NCBI GenBank assembly: GCA_977020255.1
Contig: CDROCS010005394.1
Location: 124,001-188,000, forward strand
Source: Obrimoposthia wandeli
Taxonomy: Eukaryota
DNA: 64,000 nucleotides
Reading direction: 5' to 3'
Part shown: piece after piece, positions 46,752 through 57,315 of the stretch
Position numbering within the stretch: the stretch's first letter is position 1
How the letters are laid out: each line of letters begins with the position of its first letter
The notes under the pieces: model-generated
Told to the model about the DNA's origin: nothing
The model's database searches: none
What the model saw: the letters and a program-made list of their open reading frames with translations, nothing else
Made by a program: the position numbers and the translations under genes

Positions 46752-48905
46752 CTAGATCTTTTTCACAATATTGTCATAGGTTTCAAAGCGACGTTTAATT
46801 TTACGAATGTAATTAACCGGTTCTTGCCCACGCACATAACCATAACGGGCTTTTGCGGCATATTTAGATTTAGACAGCAGTAGCATGGCTTTTTCAACAT
46901 GGCCAAACCAAACGTCATCGCGCCAGCCTTTTTGTTTCGCCAAACGCATGGCATCACGCACATGCCCTGCTCCGGCATTATAAGACGCCAGCGTAAACCA
47001 GATCAGCTGATCTTCTTGCACTTCATCTTTACGCATACGTTCACGTACCCAGTTCATATAAAGCACACCCGCTTTAATGCCTCGTTCAGGGACGTGTACA
47101 TCTACAATACCAAGCTCTTTTGCGGTACGCGGCATTAACTGGAATAGACCTTTTGCCCCTGCCATCGACTTCGCTTGCGGATTAAAACGGCTTTCTTGAT
47201 GCATCTGAGAAACCAGTAAGCGCCAATCAAAATCATGCTGACGGGCATATTTCTTCACAATGTCATCATAAGGCGAGAGTACACCGGAATCATTCTGCAG
47301 TACATAATCTTTATAATGGGTATCTAAGCGCTTTTGATTCTTAAAGTATTTATTGTAAATGACATTATAAAACAAGCCCCTGTAGTGTTTCTTAATAAAG
47401 GCATTGGATTTTGCTAAAAGCTTATCGTTACCCGACGCCACAGCCCAACTTTGTGATTTAGGTGCGCCTAACGCCATTAGCGATTGAATGTCATCACGGA
47501 AGGTCATCTCAATATCGACAATGTGACTATCTGCAATCGTCATTTCGTATTCTTTTTCACCCACCTTATCAAGGATAAGCTCGGTTTCTTGGCTTTCAGG
47601 TACACCCACTAAGTTAATACCAGCAACGGTTTTCTTTAACTCGACCGCGCTTTCCCAGTACGAACTCGACGGGCGGATATAAATATTACTGTTCGCCAGT
47701 TCAGCTTCAGAGGTAATTTCAGCTCGATCTTTATGGGCAATAACTAATTCAGAGGCATAATGGTAAGGTCGCGAGAAGGCAATGCCTTTATTGCGTCGCT
47801 GTGCAGTTGGGGTTAAAAAACCCAGTGCAATATCGGCTTTATCTTCAAGCAGGTAATCAAGTAAAGCGACATTATTTGGCGCAACAATAATTTCATAACG
47901 TAATTTGTGCTCTTTAGCAAAGCGCTTTGCTAACTCATAGTGAAAGCCGAGCAGTTCTCCACGCCAAATATAATAAGAAGAAAGATTATTACGTAACACA
48001 AAACGAACGGTTTTAGTCGCTTGGATCTTTTGCCATTGGCTTTGGTATTTATGCTTTTTTTTCGATTTTTGTTTAGCAATTAAATTCTGTGTTTTTAGAA
48101 ATTGATTCAATTCTGTTAACAAGGTCTTATTGCTCGGTGCCACGCCCCAAGCAAGCTGACGCGTTGCGCTGGCTTGCAAGCTCATCTTAATATCATCACG
48201 GTAAGTACTTGCTGAACGAATTAAATTCTCATCTTGAATACTAATATCGTATTCGCCACTGGCCAGCTTATCGTATAAAACTTCATGGCTAATGGCGCTA
48301 TCGACTAAACGAATTTTCAGCTTGGGATAGACCTTTTGTAACCCTAATGCCGTTGATTCATAGCTTTTGCCCTTTTGAATCACTATTTCACGACCGTTTA
48401 AGTCTTTACCCGATTTTAGACTTTTGCTTTGGCTGCCCATCACCAAATATTCTTTCGTCAACAAGAAAGGTTCGCTAAAATTCACCCGTTTTGCGCGTTC
48501 ACGCGTGTTCGTTAAATTAGCGGCAATCACATCACCTTCACCAGCGAGCAGCATGGGAATAAGATCTGCGAACTTGGCCACACGGATATTGTCAATTTCC
48601 AGTTTTTTTTCATCAGCAAATTGTTGCAGGTAATCTAATTCAATATCTTGAGGATGGCCTCGACGCGGGAAAATAATTTCGCCACCAGCCCACGTTAATA
48701 CACGTAATGTCTTTGGAGTAGGATCCGCAGTAGCTAAAATAGCGACGGGAGCAATAGCTTGATTTGAAGACACTACATTAGTCGCAGGCTTCGCACTGCT
48801 AACCGAATTTAACTGTGAAAATCCGATAAATGTACCTAGAATAAATATAACGAGCAGCGCGAAATATATTTTCTTTGCAGTCTTACTGACTAGAATTTTA
48901 TACAT
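46752..48905 (-). CDS. mltF: MltF-family lytic transglycosylase with two tandem substrate-binding-protein domains
   Basis: N-terminal TM; SBP1 (DVIAANLTNTRERAKRVNFSEP), SBP2 (LLGFHYELAKRFA..DIALGFLTPTAQR..FSRPY); SLT domain QMHQESRF, GAKGLFQLMP, ASYNAGAGHV; 717 aa. Confidence 0.85.
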   Translation of the reverse strand: MYKILVSKTAKKIYFALLVIFILGTFIGFSQLNSVSSAKPATNVVSSNQAIAPVAILATADPTPKTLRVLTWAGGEIIFPRRGHPQDIELDYLQQFADEKKLEIDNIRVAKFADLIPMLLAGEGDVIAANLTNTRERAKRVNFSEPFLLTKEYLVMGSQSKSLKSGKDLNGREIVIQKGKSYESTALGLQKVYPKLKIRLVDSAISHEVLYDKLASGEYDISIQDENLIRSASTYRDDIKMSLQASATRQLAWGVAPSNKTLLTELNQFLKTQNLIAKQKSKKKHKYQSQWQKIQATKTVRFVLRNNLSSYYIWRGELLGFHYELAKRFAKEHKLRYEIIVAPNNVALLDYLLEDKADIALGFLTPTAQRRNKGIAFSRPYHYASELVIAHKDRAEITSEAELANSNIYIRPSSSYWESAVELKKTVAGINLVGVPESQETELILDKVGEKEYEMTIADSHIVDIEMTFRDDIQSLMALGAPKSQSWAVASGNDKLLAKSNAFIKKHYRGLFYNVIYNKYFKNQKRLDTHYKDYVLQNDSGVLSPYDDIVKKYARQHDFDWRLLVSQMHQESRFNPQAKSMAGAKGLFQLMPRTAKELGIVDVHVPERGIKAGVLYMNWVRERMRKDEVQEDQLIWFTLASYNAGAGHVRDAMRLAKQKGWRDDVWFGHVEKAMLLLSKSKYAAKARYGYVRGQEPVNYIRKIKRRFETYDNIVKKI

Positions 48906-49405
48906 TACATTCCTTTATAATGTTTATAGGACAACTCGAGTATTTTACGGCTATCAGATTATGTTACTATCGATACCCTTAAATACACACTCACTATAGG
49001 ACTCTCTTTATGCTGATCTCTTTTTTTGTTGGCGTTACTTTGGTTGTTTACATTAAACAAAAAGCACTTACACCACATTCACACGACACCATAGTGGTAT
49101 TAATTACCGATGGTTATAAATCACTATTCGATGACATTAAAAAAGTAATGAAATAATTACACAGTAATAGCGGAATCGTCAACAGTATCTTATTTTAGTT
49201 AAACAAAGTTTACTTAATCGACAAAAAAACCAAGTAAAAGACAGAATAAAGTGGTTATAACTAAGAATTTTATAATCCAAGGCATGAATGGCTTTACTTT
49301 TGTCATGTGACCGATAAACTGACGCCTCTTAACGGTGCTAACTGACGCTGAATAGGCAACAGATTATGCTCCATATTACGATACAGAAAGCAGAGGACGT
49401 CGATT

Positions 49406-50665
49406 TTGAGTAATACTGAATCATTAGATACCCCCACTTTAGGCCAGAAACTATGGTTTAACTTACCCCTTTGGCAGAAAATTGTGATCGGTATGATCCT
49501 CGGTATTACCGTGGGTATTATCTTCGGTGAAGATGCTGTGATCCTTAAACCAATTGGGTCGTTATTTGTTAACACCATTAAGATGTTGATTGTGCCACTG
49601 GTTTTCTGTTCAATCATTGTTGGTATCACCTCAATGCAAGATACCAGCAAAATGGGCCGTATTGGTTTTAAAGCGGTGATTTTCTATTTACTTTCTACCG
49701 CAGTTGCGATCAGCATTGGCCTTGCGCTAGGTAATATTCTGCAACCAGGTGCCGGTTTAGACCTTGTCGCTCAGCAAGCTGAAACAGCAAAAGCGACCCC
49801 TTCATTGGCTGACACATTAGTCGCGTTAGTACCAACGAACCCTATCGGCGCATTAGCGCAAGGCCACATACTACAAATCATCGTATTTGCCGTCGCGCTT
49901 GGCGTATCGCTGACCCTGATTGGCGAAAAAGGCAAACCAGCGGTTGCGGTATTCGAAAGCCTTGCTGAAGCCATGTACAAACTGACCGACCTTGTAATGA
50001 AACTAGCACCTTACGGTGTATTTGCATTAATGGCATGGGTTGCCGGTAAGTACGGTTTAACCTTGTTACTGCCATTAATGAAAGTGATTGGTGCAGTTTA
50101 CCTTGGTAGTATTTTACATGTACTTGGTGTGTACAGCGCGCTAATTCTATTTATTGCTAAGCTGAGTCCAGTACAGTATTTCCGCGGTATTGTTGATGCT
50201 CAAGTAGTGGCATTCACCACAACATCGAGTGCTGGTACTTTACCAGTATCAATGAAGTGTGCACGTGAGAACCTCGGTGTATCTAAAGGTGTATCAAGTT
50301 TTGTACTGCCACTAGGCACAACCATCAACATGGATGGCACCGCGCTTTACCAAGGTGTAACGACGTTATTCGTCGCGCAAGCATTTGGTATTGATTTGGG
50401 CATGCCTGAATACATCACCATTATCTTAACAGCGACACTCGCATCTATTGGTACCGCAGGCGTACCAGGCGCAGGTCTTATCATGTTAACGTTAGTGCTT
50501 ACTACTGTTGGCTTACCTGTTGAAGGTGTTGCGCTGATTGCCGGTATTGACCGTATTCTTGATATGGCACGTACCACGGTGAACATCTCTGGCGACATCG
50601 CTGCATCCGTGATCATTGCTAAATCAGAAAAAGAACTCGATACTACGATTTATAACGCCAAGTAG
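49406..50665 (+). CDS. Dicarboxylate/amino acid:cation symporter (DAACS, GltP/DctA family)
   Basis: TTG start with GAGG RBS; IKMLIVPLVF, AFTTTSSAGTLP, PLGTTINMDG, GTAGVPG, GIDRILDMARTTVN. Confidence 0.95.
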   Translation: MSNTESLDTPTLGQKLWFNLPLWQKIVIGMILGITVGIIFGEDAVILKPIGSLFVNTIKMLIVPLVFCSIIVGITSMQDTSKMGRIGFKAVIFYLLSTAVAISIGLALGNILQPGAGLDLVAQQAETAKATPSLADTLVALVPTNPIGALAQGHILQIIVFAVALGVSLTLIGEKGKPAVAVFESLAEAMYKLTDLVMKLAPYGVFALMAWVAGKYGLTLLLPLMKVIGAVYLGSILHVLGVYSALILFIAKLSPVQYFRGIVDAQVVAFTTTSSAGTLPVSMKCARENLGVSKGVSSFVLPLGTTINMDGTALYQGVTTLFVAQAFGIDLGMPEYITIILTATLASIGTAGVPGAGLIMLTLVLTTVGLPVEGVALIAGIDRILDMARTTVNISGDIAASVIIAKSEKELDTTIYNAK

Positions 50666-50723
50666 TTATAATTTGATATCGCGGTATGGTTTAACTTAAG
50701 CCATACAAAAAAGCCGTATAAAT

Positions 50724-50776
50724 AAAAAGCCCCTGATGACAATCCTATAATATGGAGATGACATCAGCGGCTTTTT
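50724..50776. terminator. Bidirectional terminator between the DAACS and NCS2 genes
   Basis: AAAAAGCC-CCTGATG...CATCAG-CGGCTTTTT. Confidence 0.7.
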
Positions 50777-50846
50777 CATTACATCCATAGCATGTTTGCG
50801 AAATAGCATTTTCTGTTTATAGGAATTCTGTTTACATAAATCCAGC

Positions 50847-52214
50847 TTACATAAAGGCTAATTTAGCGATAAACACGGCTGTTAATACCCAGATACTAAT
50901 TGAAACTTCACTGGCTTTACCCGAACCGACTTTTAAGAACGTATAAGCGATAAAACCAAGCGCAATACCATTGGCAATCGAGAAGGTAAATGCCATCATA
51001 ATCGCTGTAATACAAGCAGGTACATAATCCGTGAACTCATCCCAGTTAACTTTGCTTAAACCACTCATCATTAAGAATGATACAAAGATAAGTGCACCAG
51101 CGGTTGCATAGCTCGGAATAATTAACGCGATATCAGTAAAGAAAGTCGCCGCTAAGAATAACGCGCCCACAGTTACCGCCGTTAAACCGGTACGGCCACC
51201 TGCTGCAACACCCGACGCACTTTCAACATAGGATGTAACTGGTGGGCAACCCACACATGCACCTAATACGCTAGATACCGAATCGGCTTTTAATGATTTT
51301 TTCAGGTTTTGAATTTCACCTTTTTCATTAATCAGATTGGCTTTATCTGCAACGCCCATTAAGGTGCCTGCCGTATCAAACATATTCACAAATAAGAACG
51401 AGATAATGACACTGACCATACCAACGTTAAATAGCCCTTCAGCACTGTAAAATAAGTGTTGGAAGTCCATTGCCATGAATAATGGGGCAATGCTTGGCGG
51501 CATAGACACAATTGACGCTGGCGCAGAAACAAGACCCAGCGGAATACCAGCAAGTGTTGTCACTAACATACCAATTAATACCGCACCAAATAGATTACGA
51601 CGGAATAACGAACCAATAATCAAAAAGGTTAACGCAGCCAGTATTACAGTCGGTTCTTTAAAGTTACCTAATGTCGTCAAAGTAGGTTCAAAAGAAACCA
51701 CGATACCGGCATTTTTAAAACCAATAATACCCAAGAATAGACCGACACCCGCCGTCATCGCATAGCGTAAACTCTGCGGTATACTGTCGAGTATCCATTC
51801 GCGGATCTTATAAAAGCTCATCAAGGCAAAGAGTACACCAGATACAAATACCGCTGCCATCGCAACCTGCCAGGTATAACCCATGTCAAAGACAACTGTA
51901 TAAGTAAAGAAAGCATTAAGACCCATACCTGGTGCAAGACCGACAGGCCAGTTGGCGTATAACCCCATCAGCATACAACCAATTGCAGCACCAATACAGG
52001 TAGCAACAACCAGCGCGTCTTTGTCCATGCCAGTCTTAGACATAATATCGGGGTTTACAAAAATAATGTAAGCCATAGTGACGAAAGTAGTTAAACCAGC
52101 CATCAGCTCAGTTTTAACCGTTGTACCATGTTCAGAGAGTTTAAATAACCGCTCTAAAATACCACCCTTAGATGATCCTTGTAACTCAGATCCTTGCTCT
52201 GCCTTATCCATCAT
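50847..52214 (-). CDS. NCS2/AzgA-family purine permease
   Basis: ELMAGLTTFVTMAYI, APGMGLNAFF, FDTAGT, YVESASGVAAGGRTG, SIANGIALG. Confidence 0.95.
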   Translation of the reverse strand: MMDKAEQGSELQGSSKGGILERLFKLSEHGTTVKTELMAGLTTFVTMAYIIFVNPDIMSKTGMDKDALVVATCIGAAIGCMLMGLYANWPVGLAPGMGLNAFFTYTVVFDMGYTWQVAMAAVFVSGVLFALMSFYKIREWILDSIPQSLRYAMTAGVGLFLGIIGFKNAGIVVSFEPTLTTLGNFKEPTVILAALTFLIIGSLFRRNLFGAVLIGMLVTTLAGIPLGLVSAPASIVSMPPSIAPLFMAMDFQHLFYSAEGLFNVGMVSVIISFLFVNMFDTAGTLMGVADKANLINEKGEIQNLKKSLKADSVSSVLGACVGCPPVTSYVESASGVAAGGRTGLTAVTVGALFLAATFFTDIALIIPSYATAGALIFVSFLMMSGLSKVNWDEFTDYVPACITAIMMAFTFSIANGIALGFIAYTFLKVGSGKASEVSISIWVLTAVFIAKLAFM

Positions 52215-52302
52215 ACTTTCCTTGTTATTTTTGGTTTGACCAATTGTATTTTTATACGACTTATACTATTTATTTTTAAAGATGAGATCCCAGATAAATA
52301 GA

Positions 52303-52656
52303 CTAACTCCCACGATAAGTAGAATAGCTAAATGGTGATACCAGTAACGGCACGTGATAATGCGCTTGGGTATCACTAATACCAAAGCGGATCACAATAT
52401 CATCCAAAAATGCTGTGTCTGCTATCTCAGTTCCACGCAAACGAAAATAATCTGCTGTATCAAACTGTAACTGATACTTACCAACACGTAGTTCTTCACT
52501 TGTTAATAGTTGCGCATCGGTACGTCCGTCGCTATTCGTTACTGCAGAAGTAACGAGTTCTAATTGCTCCCCTTCCACTCGATATAACTTAATACTGATA
52601 CCTGCACCGGGTACGCCATTGGCTGTATCAAGTACATGTGTACTGAGTCCACTCAT
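52303..52656 (-). CDS. uraH: 5-hydroxyisourate hydrolase (transthyretin-like)
   Basis: Probable start MSGLSTHVLDTANG; TNSDGR, HYHVPLLVSPFSYSTYRGS C-terminal signature. Confidence 0.96.
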   Translation of the reverse strand: MSGLSTHVLDTANGVPGAGISIKLYRVEGEQLELVTSAVTNSDGRTDAQLLTSEELRVGKYQLQFDTADYFRLRGTEIADTAFLDDIVIRFGISDTQAHYHVPLLVSPFSYSTYRGS

Positions 52657-52947
52657 AATCAAAAATACCTTACTGTCACGATTAAATATTACTGTTTTAA
52701 TATCGTCTAAACTTAAGATTGAACACATAGACCGATACAAAATGTTAATTTTATGTTTCACATGATTACAGAAAAATGCTGAAAAGTTAAATTATTAATC
52801 CACTTTTTGCTTTCAAAATACAAAAAAAGACTGAAAACATCTCAGATATACCTCTTACTGAGAGGTTAAATTGATAATAATCTAATAAAGCCCGTAATTG
52901 AGATGGAAATACAAGTATTACAAAGTTGTTACATAAATATATGGATT

Positions 52948-53033
52948 TTGTACACAATAATTGCAATAATTGTTCAACAACATGATTACTTATTAATAAC
53001 TAAGTGGGTAATTGTAGAACATATGTATAACAA
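52948..53033. promoter_or_regulatory. Cluster of TTGT...ACAA boxes upstream of puuE (candidate GntR-type operators)
   Basis: TTGTACACAA (52948-52957), TTGTTCAACAA (52970-52980), ATGTATAACAA (53023-53033). Confidence 0.4.
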
Positions 53034-53039
53034 GGAGTC

Positions 53040-53957
53040 ATGATGACTGTTGCCTATCCCAGAGATCTTATTGGTTATGGACAAGTTGTGCCAAACGCTA
53101 ATTGGCCCAACAAAGCACGCTTGGCAATCTCATTTGTACTTAATTACGAAGAAGGCGGCGAGCGTTGTGTACTACATGGCGACAACGAATCAGAAGCCTT
53201 TTTATCGGAAATGCCAGGTGCTGTACCACTACAAGGTGTGCGTAACCTCAGTATGGAATCTTGTTATGAATACGGCAGTCGTGCTGGAGTATGGCGTTTA
53301 CTTAAATTGTTCGCTGATTATCAAATACCATTAACCGTATTCGCTGTCGCAATGGCACTAGAAAGACACCCTGATGTCGCCAAAGCATTTGTCGCCGCAG
53401 ACCACGAGATCTGCAGTCATGGCTATCGCTGGCTTGATTATCAATACACTGATGAAGCCGAAGAGCGCGAGCACTTATATAAAGCGATCGATATCATCAA
53501 AGCATTAACAGGTAAACGTCCAACAGGTTGGTATACCGGTCGCTTGGGTCCTAATACCCGTCGTTTAGTCGCAGAAGAAGGTGGCTTTTTGTATGACTCA
53601 GATGCTTATGACGATGACCTACCATATTGGGTTAAAGCCAACAATCAACCGCACCTTGTCATTCCTTATACCCTAGATGTGAATGACATGCGCTTTGCCA
53701 CCCCGCAAGGTTTTAACAGTGGTGAGCAGTTCTTTCAATACTTAAAAGACAGCTTCGATACCCTGTATGCCGAAGGTGCGGAATCACCAAAAATGATGTC
53801 TGTCGGTTTACATTGCCGCTTAGTTGGCCGTCCGGGACGTATCGCTTCACTCAAACGCTTTTTAGACTACGTAAAACAGCATGATGATGTGTGGTTATGC
53901 ACACGTGAACAAATCGCCAATCACTGGATTGAACATCATCCATACCAGGGATCTTAA
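53040..53957 (+). CDS. puuE: Allantoinase PuuE (polysaccharide-deacetylase fold)
   Basis: YPRDLIGYG, FVLNYEEGGE, MESCYEYGSRAG, HEICSHGYRW, YDDDLPYW, MMSVGLHCRLVGRPGR. Confidence 0.96.
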   Translation: MMTVAYPRDLIGYGQVVPNANWPNKARLAISFVLNYEEGGERCVLHGDNESEAFLSEMPGAVPLQGVRNLSMESCYEYGSRAGVWRLLKLFADYQIPLTVFAVAMALERHPDVAKAFVAADHEICSHGYRWLDYQYTDEAEEREHLYKAIDIIKALTGKRPTGWYTGRLGPNTRRLVAEEGGFLYDSDAYDDDLPYWVKANNQPHLVIPYTLDVNDMRFATPQGFNSGEQFFQYLKDSFDTLYAEGAESPKMMSVGLHCRLVGRPGRIASLKRFLDYVKQHDDVWLCTREQIANHWIEHHPYQGS

Positions 53958-53958
53958 C

Positions 53959-54486
53959 ATGACACATTTTAGTACTTGCACTCCAAGCCAATTAACACAA
54001 GCCGACTTTGTCGCCATTTTTGCGGATATTTATGAGCACAGCCCTTGGGTTGCAGAACAGGCTTATCAACAATACCAAGCACAAAAAGTGGATGGCAATA
54101 TTGATGATATTACTTCACTACAGCAATGTATGGCGGATATTTTACTTGCTGCTAACCATGAACAACAGTTGGCATTAATCAATGCCCATCCTGATTTAGC
54201 TGGCCGCGCAGCCGTAAACGGAGAGCTAACTGCAGCGTCAACATCAGAGCAAGCTGGCGCAGGTATCGATCAATGTACGACCGAAGAATTTAACAATTTC
54301 ACGCAACTCAATGATGCTTATAAAGCGAAATTCAATTTCCCATTTATCAAAGCCGTGCGTGGCGCCAACCGTTTTTTAATCTTAGCTGATTTTAAACGTC
54401 GTATACAAAATGATGCCGACACCGAATTCAAACAAGCATTATCAGAAATAAACAAAATAGCCGCATTTCGCTTAAACGATTTATAA
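53959..54486 (+). CDS. uraD: OHCU decarboxylase
   Basis: Probable start ATG at 53959; DIYEHSPWVAE, LINAHPDLAG, STSEQAGAG, LNDAYKAKFNFPFI, EINKIAAFRL. Confidence 0.94.
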   Translation: MTHFSTCTPSQLTQADFVAIFADIYEHSPWVAEQAYQQYQAQKVDGNIDDITSLQQCMADILLAANHEQQLALINAHPDLAGRAAVNGELTAASTSEQAGAGIDQCTTEEFNNFTQLNDAYKAKFNFPFIKAVRGANRFLILADFKRRIQNDADTEFKQALSEINKIAAFRLNDL

Positions 54487-54500
54487 CAAGGACGACAACA

Positions 54501-55496
54501 ATGACTACTGAATTAAACTTTGACCGCCATATTAACCTTGCAGATGAAAAGCTCGGTGCTGAAGCTATTTTTGCTACCGATGATTTCTTTGCTGATAAAC
54601 AGCGTATGTTAAAAACAGCAGCGGCGGTATTCGTTCCTGATTTATATGATGAAAATGGTAAATGGATGGACGGTTGGGAATCTCGTCGTAAACGCCACGA
54701 AGGTTATGATTACTGTATCGTTCGCCTTGGTTTACCGGGTTCAATTGAAGGTTTAAACATTGATACAGCTAACTTCACTGGCAACTACGCACCATCAGCA
54801 TCGGTTGATGCATGTTTTGTAGCTGATGGCCAAGATCCACAAGCAGAAACACAATGGACAGAGATCTTAGCTTCAGAATCATTACAAGGTGATAGCGAGC
54901 ATTTGTTTAGCCTAACAGACAACACTGTTTATACCCACGTACGTCTTAACATCTATCCTGATGGTGGTGTTGCTCGTTTACGTGTTTACGGTAAACCAAG
55001 TATTAACTGGGATAGCATCGGCACAGATCAAGAAATAGACCTCGCCGCGACCATTAACGGTGGTCGTGCGATTGCCTGTAACGATGAACACTTTGGCGTC
55101 ATGGGTAATTTATTAAACCCTGGTCGTGGCATCAACATGGGTGATGGTTGGGAAACGGCACGTCGTCGTACGCCAGGCAATGACTGGGTCATTATCGCCT
55201 TAGGTAATAAAGGCAGTGTTAATCGCATCGAAATCGATACAGCACACTTTAAAGGTAACTTCCCCGATTCATTAAATATTCAAGCGGCTTGTGTGGCTGG
55301 CGGCACGGAAGAACAGATCCAAGCGCAGAGCTTATTCTGGCGTGAACTGTTACCGGCACAAAAATTATCTGCAGATAATATCCACAACTATCAAGAGCAA
55401 GTGAATGTACTCGGTGATATTACCCATATCCGCGTCAACATTTACCCAGACGGTGGCATTAGCCGTGTACGTATGTTCGGTACCGTATCGAAATGA
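54501..55496 (+). CDS. alc: Allantoicase
   Basis: Two repeats: DGWESRRKR / DGWETARRR, DTANFTGN / DTAHFKGN, NIYPDGGVARLR / NIYPDGGISRVR. Confidence 0.96.
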   Translation: MTTELNFDRHINLADEKLGAEAIFATDDFFADKQRMLKTAAAVFVPDLYDENGKWMDGWESRRKRHEGYDYCIVRLGLPGSIEGLNIDTANFTGNYAPSASVDACFVADGQDPQAETQWTEILASESLQGDSEHLFSLTDNTVYTHVRLNIYPDGGVARLRVYGKPSINWDSIGTDQEIDLAATINGGRAIACNDEHFGVMGNLLNPGRGINMGDGWETARRRTPGNDWVIIALGNKGSVNRIEIDTAHFKGNFPDSLNIQAACVAGGTEEQIQAQSLFWRELLPAQKLSADNIHNYQEQVNVLGDITHIRVNIYPDGGISRVRMFGTVSK

Positions 55497-56032
55497 TGAC
55501 TAACCTAATCACACTTGAGCCATTAACCGCAGATGCGTTTAAGCCTTATGGCGATGTGATAGCGACGGCTGACCGTGATCATTTCATGATCAACAATGGT
55601 TCTACCCGTCGCTATCATCAGCTTGCGAATGTTGATACCGAGGCCGAAGATGGCCGTACTATCATCAGTATTTTTCAAGCTACACCTCTGGATTACCCGC
55701 TATCAGTCGCCATGATGGAGCGTCATCCTCTCGGTTCACAAGCGTTTATTCCTTTGTTTGGCAATGCCTATTTAATTTTAGTGGCAGCGCCGACTGGCGA
55801 TCTTAACAATGATCGTTTAGATAGCCAACACATACGTGGTTTTATCAGTGATGGAACGCAAGGCGTCAACTATCACAAAGGTGTTTGGCACCACCCTATC
55901 CTCGCGTTGACCGATCAAGATCAGTTCTTAGTCGTTGACCGCGCAGGCCCAGGTAATAACTGTGAAGAAGTGCATTTTAGTGCTGCCGAAACACGGGTAT
56001 TTGAAAAACCAGTAAATGAAGACATGCATTAA
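55493..56032 (+). CDS. allA: Ureidoglycolate lyase
   Basis: PLTADAFKPYGDVI, INNG, MMERHPLGSQAF, GVNYHKGVWHHP, VVDR. Confidence 0.94.
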   Translation: MMTNLITLEPLTADAFKPYGDVIATADRDHFMINNGSTRRYHQLANVDTEAEDGRTIISIFQATPLDYPLSVAMMERHPLGSQAFIPLFGNAYLILVAAPTGDLNNDRLDSQHIRGFISDGTQGVNYHKGVWHHPILALTDQDQFLVVDRAGPGNNCEEVHFSAAETRVFEKPVNEDMH

Positions 56033-56102
56033 GACATATATTTAATAAAGCGTACTTGTATAAAACAATACTTGTACGCAACTATAATAACAGGGAGTAT
56101 TT

Positions 56103-57254
56103 ATGGATCCGCATATTACGGAATGGCTGAATCTTGCGATTCGATGGATGCATATGATTGTTGGTATCGCTTGGATCGGTGCCTCATTCTATTTTGTATG
56201 GCTAGAAAACCACCTTAATCGCGTTAACCCAAAAACAGGGTTAGCAGGCGATCTTTGGGCTATTCATGGTGGTGGTATTTATCATTTAGAAAAATACAAA
56301 CTCGCGCCAAAAGAGATGCCTGAAACATTACATTGGTTTAAATGGGAAGCGTATACTACGTTCATTAGTGGTATCTCACTACTCACCGTGGTGTATTATT
56401 TCAATGCGCAAGCCATGTTAATCGCGCCAGAATCTGGCTTAGTCGAATGGCAAGGTATTGCGATTGGTATCGCCACGATTGTGGTTGGTTGGATTGTTTA
56501 TCATGTATTATGTGAATCTCCATTAGCACAGAAACCAGCCTTAATGGGCGTAGTACTCATGCTATTGATCATTGCAGTCGCTTACGGATTGTCACTGGTC
56601 TTCACTGGCCGTGCTGCTTATATCCATGTCGGCGCGATGATCGGCTCTATCATGGTCGGTAACGTATTCTTTGTGATCATGCCAGGGCAACGCAAAATGG
56701 TCGCGGCAGTATCGAAAGGTGAAACGCCGGATCCAAAAGATCCAGCCAAAGCATTATTGCGTTCGCGCCATAATAACTACCTGACATTACCTGTGTTATT
56801 TATCATGATCAGTAATCACTTCCCAAGTACCTATGGCAGTGAGTACAACTGGTTAATATTAGCAGCGGTATCCATTATCAGTGTGTTAGTGCGTCATTAC
56901 TTCAACACTCGCCACCAGCATCAGAAATACGCTTGGACATTACCGTTTGCTGCTTTCGCGATGATCACGTTAGCGTATGTCACGAAACCAACAGTGGATA
57001 ATAGCGCGCCACAAGTGGCCTTTAGTGAAGTACAAACGATTGTTGCTGAACGTTGCGCAGTGTGTCATGCCACCAATGGTGTAGCGCCAATGGCAGGGGT
57101 GCATCTTGATACGCCAGAAAACATCAAACTGAACTCAGATCGGGTATTATCGGCAGTACGTAACCGCGTTATGCCACAAGGTAATATCACCAAAATGACC
57201 ACTGACGAACGTACAGTCGTGATCAATTGGATCAACCAAGGTGCGAAAATATAA
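56103..57254 (+). CDS. puuD: Membrane urate hydroxylase PuuD with C-terminal cytochrome c domain
   Basis: RWMHMIVGIAWIGASFYF, WAIHGGG, HWFKWEAY, RSRHNNYLTLPV..MISNH, haem motif CAVCH. Confidence 0.95.
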   Translation: MDPHITEWLNLAIRWMHMIVGIAWIGASFYFVWLENHLNRVNPKTGLAGDLWAIHGGGIYHLEKYKLAPKEMPETLHWFKWEAYTTFISGISLLTVVYYFNAQAMLIAPESGLVEWQGIAIGIATIVVGWIVYHVLCESPLAQKPALMGVVLMLLIIAVAYGLSLVFTGRAAYIHVGAMIGSIMVGNVFFVIMPGQRKMVAAVSKGETPDPKDPAKALLRSRHNNYLTLPVLFIMISNHFPSTYGSEYNWLILAAVSIISVLVRHYFNTRHQHQKYAWTLPFAAFAMITLAYVTKPTVDNSAPQVAFSEVQTIVAERCAVCHATNGVAPMAGVHLDTPENIKLNSDRVLSAVRNRVMPQGNITKMTTDERTVVINWINQGAKI

Positions 57255-57264
57255 CACAGTAAAC

Positions 57265-57298
57265 AAACCCCTACTCATCAATTGTGAGTAGGGGTTTT
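57265..57298 (+). terminator. Intrinsic terminator after puuD
   Basis: AAACCCCTACTCA-TCAATTG-TGAGTAGGGGTTTT. Confidence 0.88.
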
Positions 57299-57315
57299 CA
57301 GATTAAACAGAATTA

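Noticed and set aside
52215-52302. Purine riboswitch upstream of the NCS2 permease
   Set aside because: Only 88 nt, with no recognisable three-way-junction aptamer sequence.
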